From positions 120 through 64,119 of the forward strand of contig CAWBTD010000002.1 of assembly GCA_963791675.1 (NCBI GenBank): DNA of 64,000 bases, in the 5' to 3' direction. Of this stretch, positions 9,784-22,485 are shown piece after piece; the first letter of the stretch is position 1; the number at the start of each line of letters is the position of its first letter. This DNA is from Bryobacterales bacterium (GTDB lineage: Bacteria > Acidobacteriota > Terriglobia > Bryobacterales > Bryobacteraceae). A model generated the notes under the pieces. The model did no database searches. It worked only from the letters and a program-made list of their open reading frames with translations, and had not been told where the DNA came from. The translations under genes were made by a program, and so were the position numbers.

Positions 9784-10636
9784 CTTAATTGACATCCGGC
9801 GGCGTATCCGCTCGGTCAAGAACACGCAGCAGATTACCAAGGCCATGAAGATGGTCTCGGCGGCAAAGTTGCGCCGGGCACAGGATCGCGTGATTGCAGC
9901 AAGGCCCTATTCGGCTTTGCTGAAACAAATTATGTCCGATTTGGCGGCCGGGGCAGGTTCCGATGACGATGTGATTTCCAGCCCTCTCTTGGCAGTGCGG
10001 GAAGAAAAGCGCATCCAGTTGGTATTGGTCACCAGTGACAAAGGGTTGGCGGGAGCATTCAATTCCAACCTGATTAAAGGTGCTGCAAAGTTTCTGGCAG
10101 ATAAGCAAGGGGCGCAAGTGGAAATGGTGCTGGCAGGGCGCAAAGGGCGTGATGCCTTTCGGAAGCGCGGCGTCACCATCACTGGCGAGCACATCAATCT
10201 CCTCCAAAAAGTACAATACTCCGATGCTGCTGCGATTGCTAAAGCTATCTTGCAGCGTTACCGGAACGGCGAGATCGATTCGGTTTACCTCTTGAATAAT
10301 GAATTCAAGAGCGTGATGTCGCAAACGCTTTCCGTCATGCGTCTTCTTCCGGTGGAGATTCCGGAACAAAAGGAGCCGAAGGATTATATCTTCGAGCAGC
10401 CTCCCTTGGAAATGCTGGAGCGTTTGCTGCCGCGATACCTGGAAGTGGAAATTTACCGGGGATTGCTGGAAACTTCCGCGGCGGAGCACGCCGCCCGTAT
10501 GACCGCTATGGATGCAGCGTCATCCAATGCCAGCGATGTAATTCAAAGCTTGACGCTGAATATGAATCGTGTCCGGCAAGCGGCCATTACCAGAGAGATT
10601 ATTGAAGTTGTGAGCGGGGCGTCAGCCTCGGAGTAA
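9776..10636 (+). CDS. atpG: F-type ATP synthase subunit gamma
   Basis: N-terminal [29 protein letters not shown] and C-terminal [12 protein letters not shown]. Confidence 0.95.
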   Translation: MPSLIDIRRRIRSVKNTQQITKAMKMVSAAKLRRAQDRVIAARPYSALLKQIMSDLAAGAGSDDDVISSPLLAVREEKRIQLVLVTSDKGLAGAFNSNLIKGAAKFLADKQGAQVEMVLAGRKGRDAFRKRGVTITGEHINLLQKVQYSDAAAIAKAILQRYRNGEIDSVYLLNNEFKSVMSQTLSVMRLLPVEIPEQKEPKDYIFEQPPLEMLERLLPRYLEVEIYRGLLETSAAEHAARMTAMDAASSNASDVIQSLTLNMNRVRQAAITREIIEVVSGASASE

Positions 10637-12484
<1,848 letters not shown>

Positions 12485-12488
<4 letters not shown>

Positions 12489-13192
12489 GGCCGCTCTGCG
12501 AACTGGACACCACTTTTCTTTTTCCACCACTTGAGCCCTTCCCTTGCAGAGGATGTTACCTGCGGCGGGCTGGCTTCCATCCACATGGCAGTGCGGAAGC
12601 GAATCATATCTCCGGCAAGTAATGTCCGTTCCCCTGTGTTCATCACTCCTGCAATTGCCAGGGCAGTGTCTCCATTCAGCTTTCCACCGCTGGTGGCAGT
12701 ATTGAAAATCTGAAAACCGGTGAACAAGTCTTTGATTCGCTGCTGCCGGTTCCATTCTGAGATAGTAAGCCCAGATGTGAACTCGTCCAAAGTGGTGTCA
12801 TTTTTGGGATCGTCTACACGATACTTTGGTCCTTCCACAATATTCCAGGAAGGCCATGCTAATTTATGATCCAGTTCTTGCTGCTGAGGAAAAGAGAGGG
12901 TGCCGCTTTCCATCTGTTTCACCCACTCGCGTGGGGTGTCCACACGTAGCAGGCGCATGTAACTCTGGAGCGCCACTTGGCATTTGGCTAGATCCTGATT
13001 TTCTGCCAGTGCGCGCCAGACGTTTCGCATCATGGCGCAAGGAATCATGTGGTGCCAGTCTAGGTTGATGCCAGTTTCCGACTTCCTCCAAGGAGCCGGA
13101 GGCCGGTCCGCAGTGTTCTGGTAACGTCCTTTTGCGTCGATTGACATAATCAGCTTCCGCCTTTGTTGCTCTAGTGACTGGAGATGTTTCAA
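12485..13192 (-). CDS. hypothetical protein (235 aa)
   Basis: Long ORF with protein-like composition, lying 10 nt downstream of the preceding minus-strand gene. I recognise no family. It contains a LDWHHMIP motif (see rejected notes). Confidence 0.5.
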
Positions 13193-13201
13193 CGTTTCGA
13201 G

Positions 13202-14416
13202 TTAGATGCGAAGGAATAGCTTTCGTCGAAACATCCAAAACAGAATCAGCCAATAGGTAAGGAGAATTGCCAAGCCTCTTAGCAGTGGTTCCAGCCCTTG
13301 CCCGAATCCCTGAAAAATATGGGGACCAAGATGAATCTGGAAGGAATCAGCAATGAAACGCTCAAATAAGTGTGCGATCAGGTAGGCCGCAATCGAATTT
13401 GTTCCGATCACCATGAGCGGAAAAGTCCAGCGGTGATAGCCTTTCACGTCAATCATCCAACTGAATAGCGCAAGCAGCAGGAAACATGCGCCGCCGCTGA
13501 ACAACGTCCAAGCGGGTGTCCAGATGCGTTTCACCACGGGACAAATGCCCAATGCGTGGAGCAATAAGCCAAGAGCAATACCGATGATCCCGGTGAGTAC
13601 GAAGCGTTTTAGCGGCACAGATTTGGATCGCAGCCAACGGCCTGCAATCAGCCCCAGAATCATGGTCCCAAGCGTAGGAATAAAGCTGAGTGTTAAGTAG
13701 CCGCCATTATTGGCAATAAACGGCTTCTCGCGCGGAAGGAGATTCAGAAACCAGCGGTCAAACGAAGCACCTAAGTTCGCGTTCTTGTTCCAGTGCGCCA
13801 GGAATCCGGTGAAGTTATAGGGCCAGTTCGCAGGGACGTGGGTCAATGCAGTGTCGGGAAAAAAGGGAACAGGATACAAGGCCCATAGGAGCCAATAACC
13901 GGTCAAAAGAAGGCTGAACGCGATCCACTGCTGCTTAGGGGAACGGAATCCAAGCAGAAACAGAAAAGGATAGCCAAGGCCAATTTGTGTCAAAGTGTCT
14001 TCAAAGGTGAAGTTGGTCTGCGTGCTGTGGAGGGATCGCAAAAAAATACCTAGGGCGATCAAGAGCACTGAGCGCCAGAGGGTATGCAGGAACATATTTC
14101 CGAACGTTGCCCCTTTTGCCAAGCGGCTGGCGAGGGAGTACGGGAGAACTGCACCTACCAGAAACGAAAAGGAAGGCTGAATTAAGTCATGGAGCGAACA
14201 GCCTGCCCACTCCACATGAGTTTGGTTGTAGGCAAGAAAGCTCCAAAACCAGTTATTGGGGAAAGCGCGAGCAACTTTCGCTAGCTCCAGCACTTCGGCC
14301 ATCATCAAGAGCATGACGAAGCCCCGGTACGTATCTAGCGCTAGATTGCGGGTAGAGGATTTTGCAGCAGGCGCGAAAATCTTTAGTTGCGCCGGAGTTC
14401 CCAGGGCTGTTGGCAT
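13202..14416 (-). CDS. polytopic membrane protein, HGSNAT/DUF5009-like acyltransferase family
   Basis: The N-terminal [16 protein letters not shown] block is typical of the heparan-alpha-glucosaminide N-acetyltransferase-like family. About 10 or more hydrophobic segments. Confidence 0.6.
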   Translation of the reverse strand: MPTALGTPAQLKIFAPAAKSSTRNLALDTYRGFVMLLMMAEVLELAKVARAFPNNWFWSFLAYNQTHVEWAGCSLHDLIQPSFSFLVGAVLPYSLASRLAKGATFGNMFLHTLWRSVLLIALGIFLRSLHSTQTNFTFEDTLTQIGLGYPFLFLLGFRSPKQQWIAFSLLLTGYWLLWALYPVPFFPDTALTHVPANWPYNFTGFLAHWNKNANLGASFDRWFLNLLPREKPFIANNGGYLTLSFIPTLGTMILGLIAGRWLRSKSVPLKRFVLTGIIGIALGLLLHALGICPVVKRIWTPAWTLFSGGACFLLLALFSWMIDVKGYHRWTFPLMVIGTNSIAAYLIAHLFERFIADSFQIHLGPHIFQGFGQGLEPLLRGLAILLTYWLILFWMFRRKLFLRI

Positions 14417-14463
14417 CAGAAAGCCTCTGGGTGAATTCTACACGGAATAGGGGAGGGGAAAAC

Positions 14464-14541
<78 letters not shown>

Positions 14542-14617
14542 AAGCTTCTATTTTACACGGTTCTTTCCCATTCGCTTTTGTCTTTTCTGTCCACCCGGTT
14601 TGGGAAAATAAGCAGCA

Positions 14618-15256
14618 GTGTCTAAACGCGGTACGTTCATCACGTTCGAAGGAGTAGATGGGTCCGGGAAAACAACGCAGTTACGAATGCTTGCCAAGCA
14701 TCTTCGCTCGCTTGGCCGCGAAGTGGTAGAAGCAGTGGAGCCGGGCGGCACGGAAATTGGGCAACAAATTCGTACCATTCTGCTGGACCCCCGCAACAGC
14801 GTCCTGAATGCCCGGACGGAACTGCTGTTGTATTTCGCCAGCCGGGCACAGAATGTTGAGGAGGTAATTCAGCCTGCTCTTGCGAATGGCGCAGTGGTGC
14901 TTTGTGACCGCTTTACGGATTCCACGCTGGTTTACCAGGGATTTGGCCGTGGGTTGGACCCGGAGCCGATTTTGCAACTGAACCGGATTGCTTGTGCCGG
15001 ATTGGAACCACACTTGACTCTGCTGGTGGATGTTGACCTGGAGGTCAGCATAGCTCGCTCGCGGAAGCGAAATGAACGGATTCGGAGCAAGGAAACGCGC
15101 ATCGATGATGAACCCGCTTCCTTTCACCGGAAGGTGCGCGATGGTTACCATGTTCTGGCAGAACGCCATCCGGAACGCATTCGTGTAGTAGACGGCAAGG
15201 CAAACATGGATGTGGTAGCGCAGCGGATCTGGGAAATCGTGAGTTCGTATGTTTGA
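14618..15256 (+). CDS. tmk: thymidylate kinase
   Basis: P-loop FITFEGVDGSGKTTQ and the DRF motif (LCDRFTDST). Confidence 0.93.
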   Translation: MSKRGTFITFEGVDGSGKTTQLRMLAKHLRSLGREVVEAVEPGGTEIGQQIRTILLDPRNSVLNARTELLLYFASRAQNVEEVIQPALANGAVVLCDRFTDSTLVYQGFGRGLDPEPILQLNRIACAGLEPHLTLLVDVDLEVSIARSRKRNERIRSKETRIDDEPASFHRKVRDGYHVLAERHPERIRVVDGKANMDVVAQRIWEIVSSYV

Positions 15257-16283
15257 AAAGTTCTGGGGAAACCAACATGCCGTTCGCGCTTTGGAGCAGA
15301 TGGCGGCGCGGGAGCGCATTCCGCAAACCCTGATGTTTGCCGGGCCGGAAGGCGTGGGAAAGGCAACACTGGCAAGGCGTTTTGCAGCGAGTTTACTAGG
15401 CCACCCGGAAAGAATCGAGCAAGATGATCTCAGCCTGCCGGATAATATGGCCCTGGTGCAAGCGCGGGAAAAGTGGCCTGCGGAAAAGCGCAATGAAGAC
15501 CCGCTGTTATTTGGATCGCACCCGGATTTTCTCACCTTTGCTCCGGATGGACCTTTACGCCAGCTCACCATTCCACAAATGCGCCTGCTGAAAGAGCGGG
15601 CCCCATTTAAGCCTCTGCATGGCCAACGTCGGGTGTTCCTGATTGACCATGTGGACCGTGCGGGAGACAACGTCACGAATTCGCTCTTGAAGGTTTTAGA
15701 AGAACCGCCCGAGCATCTGATTCTGATCATGACCGCAGAAAACGCCTATGATTTGCTTCCCACGATTCGCTCGCGGTCGGTGATTCTGTCGCTTTCCCCT
15801 TTGAGCAATAGCGATATGCAGTGCTTTGCTGCTGCCCATCATCTGCAACAAACAGAACGACGCATTGCGCTTTCGGCAGGTAGTCCCGGCGTTGCATTGG
15901 CGTTGGACTTGGCACTGTATGAAAAGCGGCGTACTGCCATGCATATTCTGCTGAAAGTAGCGGCTGGCATGAGCCCTTTTGGGGATTGGATGCCCCACTC
16001 TGAAACCATTTCCCGCAGCAAAAATGAAAAGCTGGAACTTTATCTTCGGCTGCTCTATGAGTTACTGCGCGATGTGATGATCTTACGGGAATCAGGCGGA
16101 GAAATCAGGAACGGAGATCTCCGGCGGGAGCTGGAAGTGCTCGCCGCACGTGTTTCCCGGAAGTGGATTACGGGTGCTGTGCAGCAACTGGATCAGATTT
16201 CCATGCTGGTCCGGCGCAATATCCAGAAGACAATTGCACTGGATGATTTTATTCTCGGGATGCGAGCGCGGGTAAAGGCGTAA
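15249..16283 (+). CDS. holB: DNA polymerase III subunit delta'
   Basis: FAGPEGVGKATLARRFA, NSLLKVLEEPP and TIRSRS motifs. The conserved tmk-holB pairing also supports the call. Confidence 0.88.
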   Translation: MFEKFWGNQHAVRALEQMAARERIPQTLMFAGPEGVGKATLARRFAASLLGHPERIEQDDLSLPDNMALVQAREKWPAEKRNEDPLLFGSHPDFLTFAPDGPLRQLTIPQMRLLKERAPFKPLHGQRRVFLIDHVDRAGDNVTNSLLKVLEEPPEHLILIMTAENAYDLLPTIRSRSVILSLSPLSNSDMQCFAAAHHLQQTERRIALSAGSPGVALALDLALYEKRRTAMHILLKVAAGMSPFGDWMPHSETISRSKNEKLELYLRLLYELLRDVMILRESGGEIRNGDLRRELEVLAARVSRKWITGAVQQLDQISMLVRRNIQKTIALDDFILGMRARVKA

Positions 16284-16292
16284 AACAAGCTG

Positions 16293-17588
16293 TTATTTCA
16301 CCACGGTGCTGAGTAACTGATAAAACGTCGGAAACGAAACACTGGCAGCTTCTGCCCCTTCGATGCGACATTCCCCGTCCGCGCGCAAGGCGGCAACGGC
16401 GAAGGCCATGGCAATGCGGTGATCTCCGAAAGAATCAAACGTAGCTGCCCGGAATGTCTGCCTGCCTGGAATCTGCATTCCATCCGGGGATTCTTCCGCG
16501 ACAACACCCATACGGCGAAGGTTATCTACTACCGTTTTGATGCGATCGGTTTCTTTTACGCGCAGTTCTCCGGCATCGCGAATGGTTAATCCTTCTTCGC
16601 TGGCAGCGCCCAGCACAGCCAGCACGGGGATTTCATCAATCAAGCTAGCTGCGAGATCGCCTTCAATCACTCCGCCGCGAATGGGCGCGGAACGAACCAT
16701 GATGTCTCCCACTAACTCACCGTTGACTTGTTGCAAATCCACTACTTTGATGTAAGCTCCTGCGGAAAGCAGAAAGTCCAACAGGCTGGAGCGGGTCGGG
16801 TTCAGGCCCACGCCACGGATCATCAGGTCCGAGCCAGGAACCAGAAGAGCCGCAACCAGGAAAAACGCGGCAGAGGAAAGGTCGGCAGGCACAAAGAGTT
16901 CACGGCCTTGTAATGATGGACGGCCCTGGATGGTGATTACTTTTTGCCTGGTTTCCACGGAAGCCCCGAATTCATTCAATGCAATTTCGCTATGGTCTCG
17001 GGAGCGCACCGGTTCGCGAACCGTAGTGATACCTTCGGTAAACATTCCCGCGAACAGGACGCATGTTTTCACCTGAGCACTAGCTACCGGCAACGTGTAG
17101 TCAATAGAGTGCAAGTTGGTGCCATGAATGGTTAAAGGGGGGAATCGGTCTTCCCGTGCTTCGATGCGGGCGCCCATTTCCGCCAGCGGTGCCATGATGC
17201 GTCGCATCGGCCGGCCGGAAAGTGATTCATCGCCGAAGATGCGGCTGGTAAAGGGCTGCGCCGCCAATGGTCCAGCCATCATGCGGATCAGCGAACCGGA
17301 GTTGCCCGCATCCAGGTCGCTCGCCGGTTTCTGCCAACCGTTAAGACCTTTGCCGTGGATGGTTACGGTAGTGCCGTCTTCTTCTACCTCTACCGGAATC
17401 CCAAGGGCGCGTACAGCTCCCAGTGTGGAGTGGCAATCCGCACCAGTGGAATAGTGATGGATTTTCGACTTGCCTTCTGCCAGGGAGGCCAGAATGGCAT
17501 AACGGTGAGAAATGGATTTATCGCCGGGCAATACCAGCGTGCCAGATACGGAACTGGCAGGTTGCACAATCATGTAGGGACTCTTCAA
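16293..17588 (-). CDS. aroA: 3-phosphoshikimate 1-carboxyvinyltransferase (EPSP synthase)
   Basis: LPGDKSISHR, LDAGNSGS and RVKETDRI motifs. Confidence 0.95.
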   Translation of the reverse strand: MKSPYMIVQPASSVSGTLVLPGDKSISHRYAILASLAEGKSKIHHYSTGADCHSTLGAVRALGIPVEVEEDGTTVTIHGKGLNGWQKPASDLDAGNSGSLIRMMAGPLAAQPFTSRIFGDESLSGRPMRRIMAPLAEMGARIEAREDRFPPLTIHGTNLHSIDYTLPVASAQVKTCVLFAGMFTEGITTVREPVRSRDHSEIALNEFGASVETRQKVITIQGRPSLQGRELFVPADLSSAAFFLVAALLVPGSDLMIRGVGLNPTRSSLLDFLLSAGAYIKVVDLQQVNGELVGDIMVRSAPIRGGVIEGDLAASLIDEIPVLAVLGAASEEGLTIRDAGELRVKETDRIKTVVDNLRRMGVVAEESPDGMQIPGRQTFRAATFDSFGDHRIAMAFAVAALRADGECRIEGAEAASVSFPTFYQLLSTVVK

Positions 17589-17595
17589 GTCTACC

Positions 17596-18681
17596 TTGCG
17601 CTACAGTGTGTCATTGGGCCAGCAAAGACGAATTGCTATTTCCAGCCAGAATGGAGTAGGTGCCTGCAAGCGTGCCGTAGAAGTCATGGCCGCAGGCGGC
17701 GATACGCTGGAAGCAGCGATTGCCGGAGTAAATCTGGTGGAAGATGATCCCACAGACCATACCGTCGGCTATGGCGGCCTTCCCAATGAAGACGGGGTAG
17801 TCGAATTGGACGCATCCGTCATGCACGGACCTACCCGGCGCGCCGGAGCAGTGGCCGCGCTACGAGGCATTCGTTATCCATCCCGCGTAGCAAAGTTGGT
17901 GATGGAACACACAGACCACGTCATGCTGGTGGGGGAAGGCGCGCTAAGGTTTGCGAAAGCACATGGCTTCCAGGAGGAAGATCTGCTTACGCCTCAGACG
18001 CGCTTAGCGTGGTTAGTTTGGAAGAAATCTTTGCGAGACGCTGCCGGGCATACGAACTGGGCAAGCTGGACTCATCCCATGGCTCTTCCAGAAAGCAATT
18101 CCACAGATTCCACGGTAGATGATGACTTGCAAGGATGGGCCAAGGATGTAGCTGCTCATCCTCCCACGGGAACCATTACTTGCCTGACTCTGAACGAGCG
18201 CGGAGAAATGTCCGGCACTACCACTACCAGCGGGTTAGGATGGAAAATTCCCGGGCGGGTGGGCGATTCCCCCGTGATCGGTGCTGGTTTGTACGTGGAC
18301 CAGGACATTGGCGCTGCCGGCTCTACCGGGCGTGGCGAGGAAAACCTTCGGATTGCCGGTGCTCATCTGGTGGTGGAAGGCATGGGACGAGGACTGTCAC
18401 CGGAAGAAGCCTGCCTGGAGGCGCTACGCCGCGTGGTGCGAAATTTTCACGGAAGCGAAGCAAAACTGTTGGAATTCGACCTGAACTACTACGCTTTACG
18501 AAAAGATGGCGAGTATGCAGGAACGTCTTTATGGGACCATGTGATGCGGCGCGGAGTGGTTTCCCGGAAACGGTTTGCTGTGTGTGACAACAATGGCAGC
18601 AGGCAGGAAGATTCCGCCTATTTGAGGACGCGCCAGAGTGAAAATAAACCCGAATTGCAGCGGCAGCCATCGGAAAGGTAA
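17596..18681 (+). CDS. Ntn-hydrolase asparaginase (glycosylasparaginase / isoaspartyl peptidase family)
   Basis: VGYGGLPNEDG is present, and the autoprocessing/nucleophile region is GTITCLTLN...GTTTTSGLGWKIPGRVGDSPVIGAG. The TTG start lies only 7 nt from the divergent aroA start. Confidence 0.85.
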   Translation: MRYSVSLGQQRRIAISSQNGVGACKRAVEVMAAGGDTLEAAIAGVNLVEDDPTDHTVGYGGLPNEDGVVELDASVMHGPTRRAGAVAALRGIRYPSRVAKLVMEHTDHVMLVGEGALRFAKAHGFQEEDLLTPQTRLAWLVWKKSLRDAAGHTNWASWTHPMALPESNSTDSTVDDDLQGWAKDVAAHPPTGTITCLTLNERGEMSGTTTTSGLGWKIPGRVGDSPVIGAGLYVDQDIGAAGSTGRGEENLRIAGAHLVVEGMGRGLSPEEACLEALRRVVRNFHGSEAKLLEFDLNYYALRKDGEYAGTSLWDHVMRRGVVSRKRFAVCDNNGSRQEDSAYLRTRQSENKPELQRQPSER

Positions 18682-18789
18682 AAGCAAGTTTGGGAATCCC
18701 AGAAAAAATAAGCAATAATACTCACTTGGCTTGGGCTTATCCTCTACTACGTTTCACAAAGAGGGAGGTTCGCGCCTCTAGAACAGTAA

Positions 18790-19443
18790 ATGCCCCAGAT
18801 CTTTAGCTACAGCTCAAATAGTTACACCAGAGTCGGGATCATTGTTGCCATTTTTACGTTGGTTGGCGCTGGCGGAATGTTATTTCAACTCGGGGCCGAC
18901 TCCTCATATGCAACAAATCAGGGTGTGGCCAGGGTGCAACCAGTTCAGTTCAGCCATTCGCACCATGTGAGTTCCATGGGCATTGACTGCCGGTACTGCC
19001 ATACGTCGGTAGAAAATTCTTCATTTGCGAACATTCCGCCGACCAAGACTTGTATGAATTGCCACTCTCAGATCTGGACAGGAAGTCCGGAGCTGGAGAT
19101 GGTTCGCACCAGCTATCAAACAGATAAGTCCATTCCCTGGGTCCGCGTGCATGACCTGCCGGAGTTTGTGTATTTCAATCACAGCATCCATGTCAAAAAG
19201 GGAATCGGGTGTGAAAGTTGCCATGGCCGTGTGGACATGATGCCATTGGTATACCAGAAGAATTCTTTAGAGATGCGCTGGTGCCTGGATTGCCATCGCA
19301 ACCCGCAAAAATATGTGCGGCCCCGCAACGAAATTTTTACGATGGGGTATAAATATCCAGCGAATCAGGAAGAAGTTGGGCTGCAACTCATCAAGGAATA
19401 CAAAATCCAGCGTTTGGAGACGTGCAACACTTGCCACCGCTAG
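18790..19443 (+). CDS. actA: Alternative Complex III subunit ActA, pentaheme cytochrome c
   Basis: One N-terminal TM helix and five CxxCH motifs (CRYCH, CMNCH, CESCH, CLDCH, CNTCH). It is the first gene of the act cluster. Confidence 0.9.
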   Translation: MPQIFSYSSNSYTRVGIIVAIFTLVGAGGMLFQLGADSSYATNQGVARVQPVQFSHSHHVSSMGIDCRYCHTSVENSSFANIPPTKTCMNCHSQIWTGSPELEMVRTSYQTDKSIPWVRVHDLPEFVYFNHSIHVKKGIGCESCHGRVDMMPLVYQKNSLEMRWCLDCHRNPQKYVRPRNEIFTMGYKYPANQEEVGLQLIKEYKIQRLETCNTCHR

Positions 19444-19449
19444 AAAAGG

Positions 19450-22400
19450 TTGGTGAATGTGGGCGCTGAAAGAGTTTTCCCAGATAAGCAAAGTGAAAGA
19501 ATGCCGAGCGAACAAGAACATTTAGATCTGGCCACAGCAAAAGAGAGGCTGGATAAAGCAAAGGGTCGCCATTACTGGAGAAGCCTGGAAGAATTGGCGG
19601 CTTCCCCCGGCTTTGAGCAGCTACTGCATAAAGAATTTCCACGCCAGGCCTCCGAATGGGACGGCGGCGAGGAAGGGCGACGTAACTTTCTGAAGCTCAT
19701 GGGCGCCTCCTTGGCGCTTGGCGGGCTGAGCGCCTGTACCCGTCAACCGGAAGAGCGGATTTATCCGTATGTGAATGCCCCGGAAGCCATCATTCCGGGC
19801 AAGCCTTTGTATTTCGCTACTGCCTTCACCATGAGCGGTGTTTCCACTGGCGTGCTGATGGAAAGCCACATGGGTCGGCCCACGAAAGTGGAAGGAAATC
19901 CCCTTCACCCGGCCAGTTTGGGCAGTACGGATGTGATGACGCAAGCGTCCGTATTAAATCTGTACGACCCGGATCGCTCACAGACGGTAAATTTTTTAGG
20001 GGAAATTCGTACCTACTCTTCTTTTTTGACCATGGTGCGGGATGCGCTGGCGATACAGCAATCGAGCCGTGGGCGCGGAGTTCGGATTTTAACGGAAACC
20101 ATCGGGTCGCCTACCCTGGCCGACCAGATGAAAACCGTTCTCAGCCTTTACCCGGAAGCCAAGTGGTGTCAGTGGGAGCCGCTAGGCGCACAAAATGCGC
20201 GGCTTGGCTCGCAGATGGCTTTTGGGCAGTTTGTAAACACGGTTTATAAATTTGACGCTGCCGATGTGGTGCTGACGGTTGATTCCGATTTTCTGTGCGT
20301 CGGCCCCGCCAGTTCGCGTTATGCCCGCGACTTTATCAGCCGTCGCCGGGTCCGGGGCGAACAGCAGGTTTCCATGAACCGGATGTATTCCATTGAGAGT
20401 ACGCCGACCGCCACAGGAGCCAAAGCCGACCACCGGTACCCCTTGAAGCCTTCCGAGATTCCGGGGTTTGTGCGTGCGTTAGCAGGTGCCACTGGCGTGA
20501 ACGGAGCAGGAAGTGGTGCTGGCCCTGCGGGAAATTGGTTCAATGCGCTGGTGAAGGACCTGCAGGCACATCGCGGGTCCAGCATTGTGATTGCGGGCGA
20601 TGAGCAGTCGCCGGAAGTGCATGCACTGGTTCATGCCATCAATGGCGCACTTGGAAATGCCGGAAAAACAGTCCTCTACATCGATTCCCTGGAAGGAACC
20701 CCGGTCGATCAGCTATCGCAGTTGAGGCAGCTAGCAGCGGACCTGGATGCCGGAGCCGTGGAGATGCTGTTCATTATCGGCGGCAATCCGGTTTACAACG
20801 CTCCTGCTGATCTCCAGCTTGGGGAAAAGATTGCGAAAGCAAAACTGCGAATGCGTTTTGGCCAGTATCAGGATGAAACCTCGGCCTTATGCCAATGGCA
20901 TATTCCGGAATCCCATCCGTTGGAATATTGGAGTGATGGACGCGCTTTCGATGGCACTGTGACCATTTGCCAGCCTTTGATTGCTCCGCTCTATGAGAGC
21001 CACTCGCCGCATGAATTTCTCGCCATGTTTACTGGCAATCCGCAACAATCCAGCTATGAAGCGGTGCGGGCGTACTGGCAAGCACAGCATAAGGGTGGTG
21101 ACTTTGAAAGCTGGTGGCGTAAGTCCATTCATGATGGGTTGGTTGCGGGAAGCGCTCTGCCGCCCAAAACAGTCACGGTAGGCAACCTTCCGGCCAGCCG
21201 GAACACTGCTGCTTCCGGGGTAGGCTTGGAAGTTTCCTTCCATCCTGATCCTTATATTTACGATGGCCGTTTCGCCAATAACGGATGGCTTCAGGAATTG
21301 CCTCGCCCCATGAGCCGTTTGACATGGGACAACGCCGTAATGGTGAGTCCTGCCACGGCCAAGCGCTTGGCATTGGAAAACGAAGACTACGTTGAGTTGA
21401 AATACAACGGCCGCACTGCCTGGGGGGGCGTCTGGATCACGCCTGGCCAGCCGGATGAATCCATTGCGGTGAACCTGGGTTTTGGCCGTACTCATTCCGG
21501 CCGTGCTGGAAACGGAGCAGGGTTCAACGCTTATCCGCTTCGCACGTCCGAAGGAATGACATATGTAAGCGGCGTGGAACTGCGGAAGCTGAATAAAAAA
21601 TTCACGCTTGCCACTACGCAGCACCAGAACATGATGGAAGGCCGCGCGGTGGCCCGTCAGGGAACGCTGGAAGAATACCGGAAGAACTCAGAGTTCGCCC
21701 GGGAAATGGGCGAAGAACTCCCTGGAAAAGGATTGACGATTTACCCGGAAACCTGGAAGTACGAAGGGTATGCCTGGGGAATGTCGATCGATCTGAACGC
21801 CTGTGTCGGCTGCAATGCCTGCGTGGTAGCCTGCCAATCGGAAAACAACATTCCGGTAGTCGGGAAAGACCAGGTAAACCGGGAACGCGCTATGCACTGG
21901 TTGCGGATTGACCGTTACTATGAAGGCAACGTTGAGAATCCGAAGACCCTGTTCCAGCCGGTAGCCTGCGTCCATTGTGAGAATGCCCCGTGCGAAATTG
22001 TATGTCCGGTGGAAGCGACGCTCCATGACCAGGATGGCCTGAACAACATGATTTACAACCGCTGCGTCGGCACGCGGTATTGCTCCAACAACTGCCCTTA
22101 TAAAGTACGTCGCTTCAATTTCTATCTTTATAACGACTGGGAAACGGAGAGCGTGAAGCTGCAACGAAATCCTGATGTGACGGTTCGGAGCCGGGGCGTA
22201 ATGGAGAAGTGCTCCTACTGTGTGCAGCGGATCAATCATGCCAAAATCACAGCGGAAAAAGAAGACCGTAAGGTGCGGGATGGCGAGATTGTTACCGCTT
22301 GTGAAGCGGCTTGCCCAACCCAAGCGATTCTCTTCGGGGATCTGAATGATCCCACCAGTCGTGTACGAAAAGAAAAGCATGAAGGGCTTACCTATAACCT

Positions 22401-22482
22401 TCTGGGTGAACTGAATACCCGTCCCCGGACTACCCATATGGCATCCCTTCGTAACCCGAACCCGGAGATTGAGGCAAGTTAG
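19450..22482 (+). CDS. actB: Alternative Complex III subunit ActB (molybdopterin-oxidoreductase-like domain fused to a 4Fe-4S domain)
   Basis: Tat motif RRNFLKLMGASLALGG, and C-terminal ferredoxin clusters CVGCNACVVAC, CVHCENAPC and CVGTRYCSNNC. About 1000 aa. The start is uncertain (TTG at 19450 or ATG at 19501). Confidence 0.9.
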   Translation: MVNVGAERVFPDKQSERMPSEQEHLDLATAKERLDKAKGRHYWRSLEELAASPGFEQLLHKEFPRQASEWDGGEEGRRNFLKLMGASLALGGLSACTRQPEERIYPYVNAPEAIIPGKPLYFATAFTMSGVSTGVLMESHMGRPTKVEGNPLHPASLGSTDVMTQASVLNLYDPDRSQTVNFLGEIRTYSSFLTMVRDALAIQQSSRGRGVRILTETIGSPTLADQMKTVLSLYPEAKWCQWEPLGAQNARLGSQMAFGQFVNTVYKFDAADVVLTVDSDFLCVGPASSRYARDFISRRRVRGEQQVSMNRMYSIESTPTATGAKADHRYPLKPSEIPGFVRALAGATGVNGAGSGAGPAGNWFNALVKDLQAHRGSSIVIAGDEQSPEVHALVHAINGALGNAGKTVLYIDSLEGTPVDQLSQLRQLAADLDAGAVEMLFIIGGNPVYNAPADLQLGEKIAKAKLRMRFGQYQDETSALCQWHIPESHPLEYWSDGRAFDGTVTICQPLIAPLYESHSPHEFLAMFTGNPQQSSYEAVRAYWQAQHKGGDFESWWRKSIHDGLVAGSALPPKTVTVGNLPASRNTAASGVGLEVSFHPDPYIYDGRFANNGWLQELPRPMSRLTWDNAVMVSPATAKRLALENEDYVELKYNGRTAWGGVWITPGQPDESIAVNLGFGRTHSGRAGNGAGFNAYPLRTSEGMTYVSGVELRKLNKKFTLATTQHQNMMEGRAVARQGTLEEYRKNSEFAREMGEELPGKGLTIYPETWKYEGYAWGMSIDLNACVGCNACVVACQSENNIPVVGKDQVNRERAMHWLRIDRYYEGNVENPKTLFQPVACVHCENAPCEIVCPVEATLHDQDGLNNMIYNRCVGTRYCSNNCPYKVRRFNFYLYNDWETESVKLQRNPDVTVRSRGVMEKCSYCVQRINHAKITAEKEDRKVRDGEIVTACEAACPTQAILFGDLNDPTSRVRKEKHEGLTYNLLGELNTRPRTTHMASLRNPNPEIEAS

Positions 22483-22485
22483 TCC

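Noticed and set aside
12900-13060. The LDWHHMIP motif in the 235-aa unknown protein as a WHH/AHH-type HNH/EndoVII toxin nuclease
   Set aside because: I see no downstream His to complete the metal site after the putative Asn (WNIVEGP). There is no N-terminal delivery domain, and no small immunity-like gene downstream. The resemblance rests on a 6-residue motif only.
14681-15730. 349-aa minus-strand ORF, and similar long antisense ORFs at 8569-9120, 9160-9846, 9785-10489, 12189-12755, 20887-21624, 21688-22437 and 43793-44317
   Set aside because: Each lies entirely antisense to a gene with unmistakable homology motifs (tmk/holB, atpA, atpG, atpC, actB, flhB). Their translations are R/S/P/C-rich with no recognisable motifs, which is typical of shadow ORFs.
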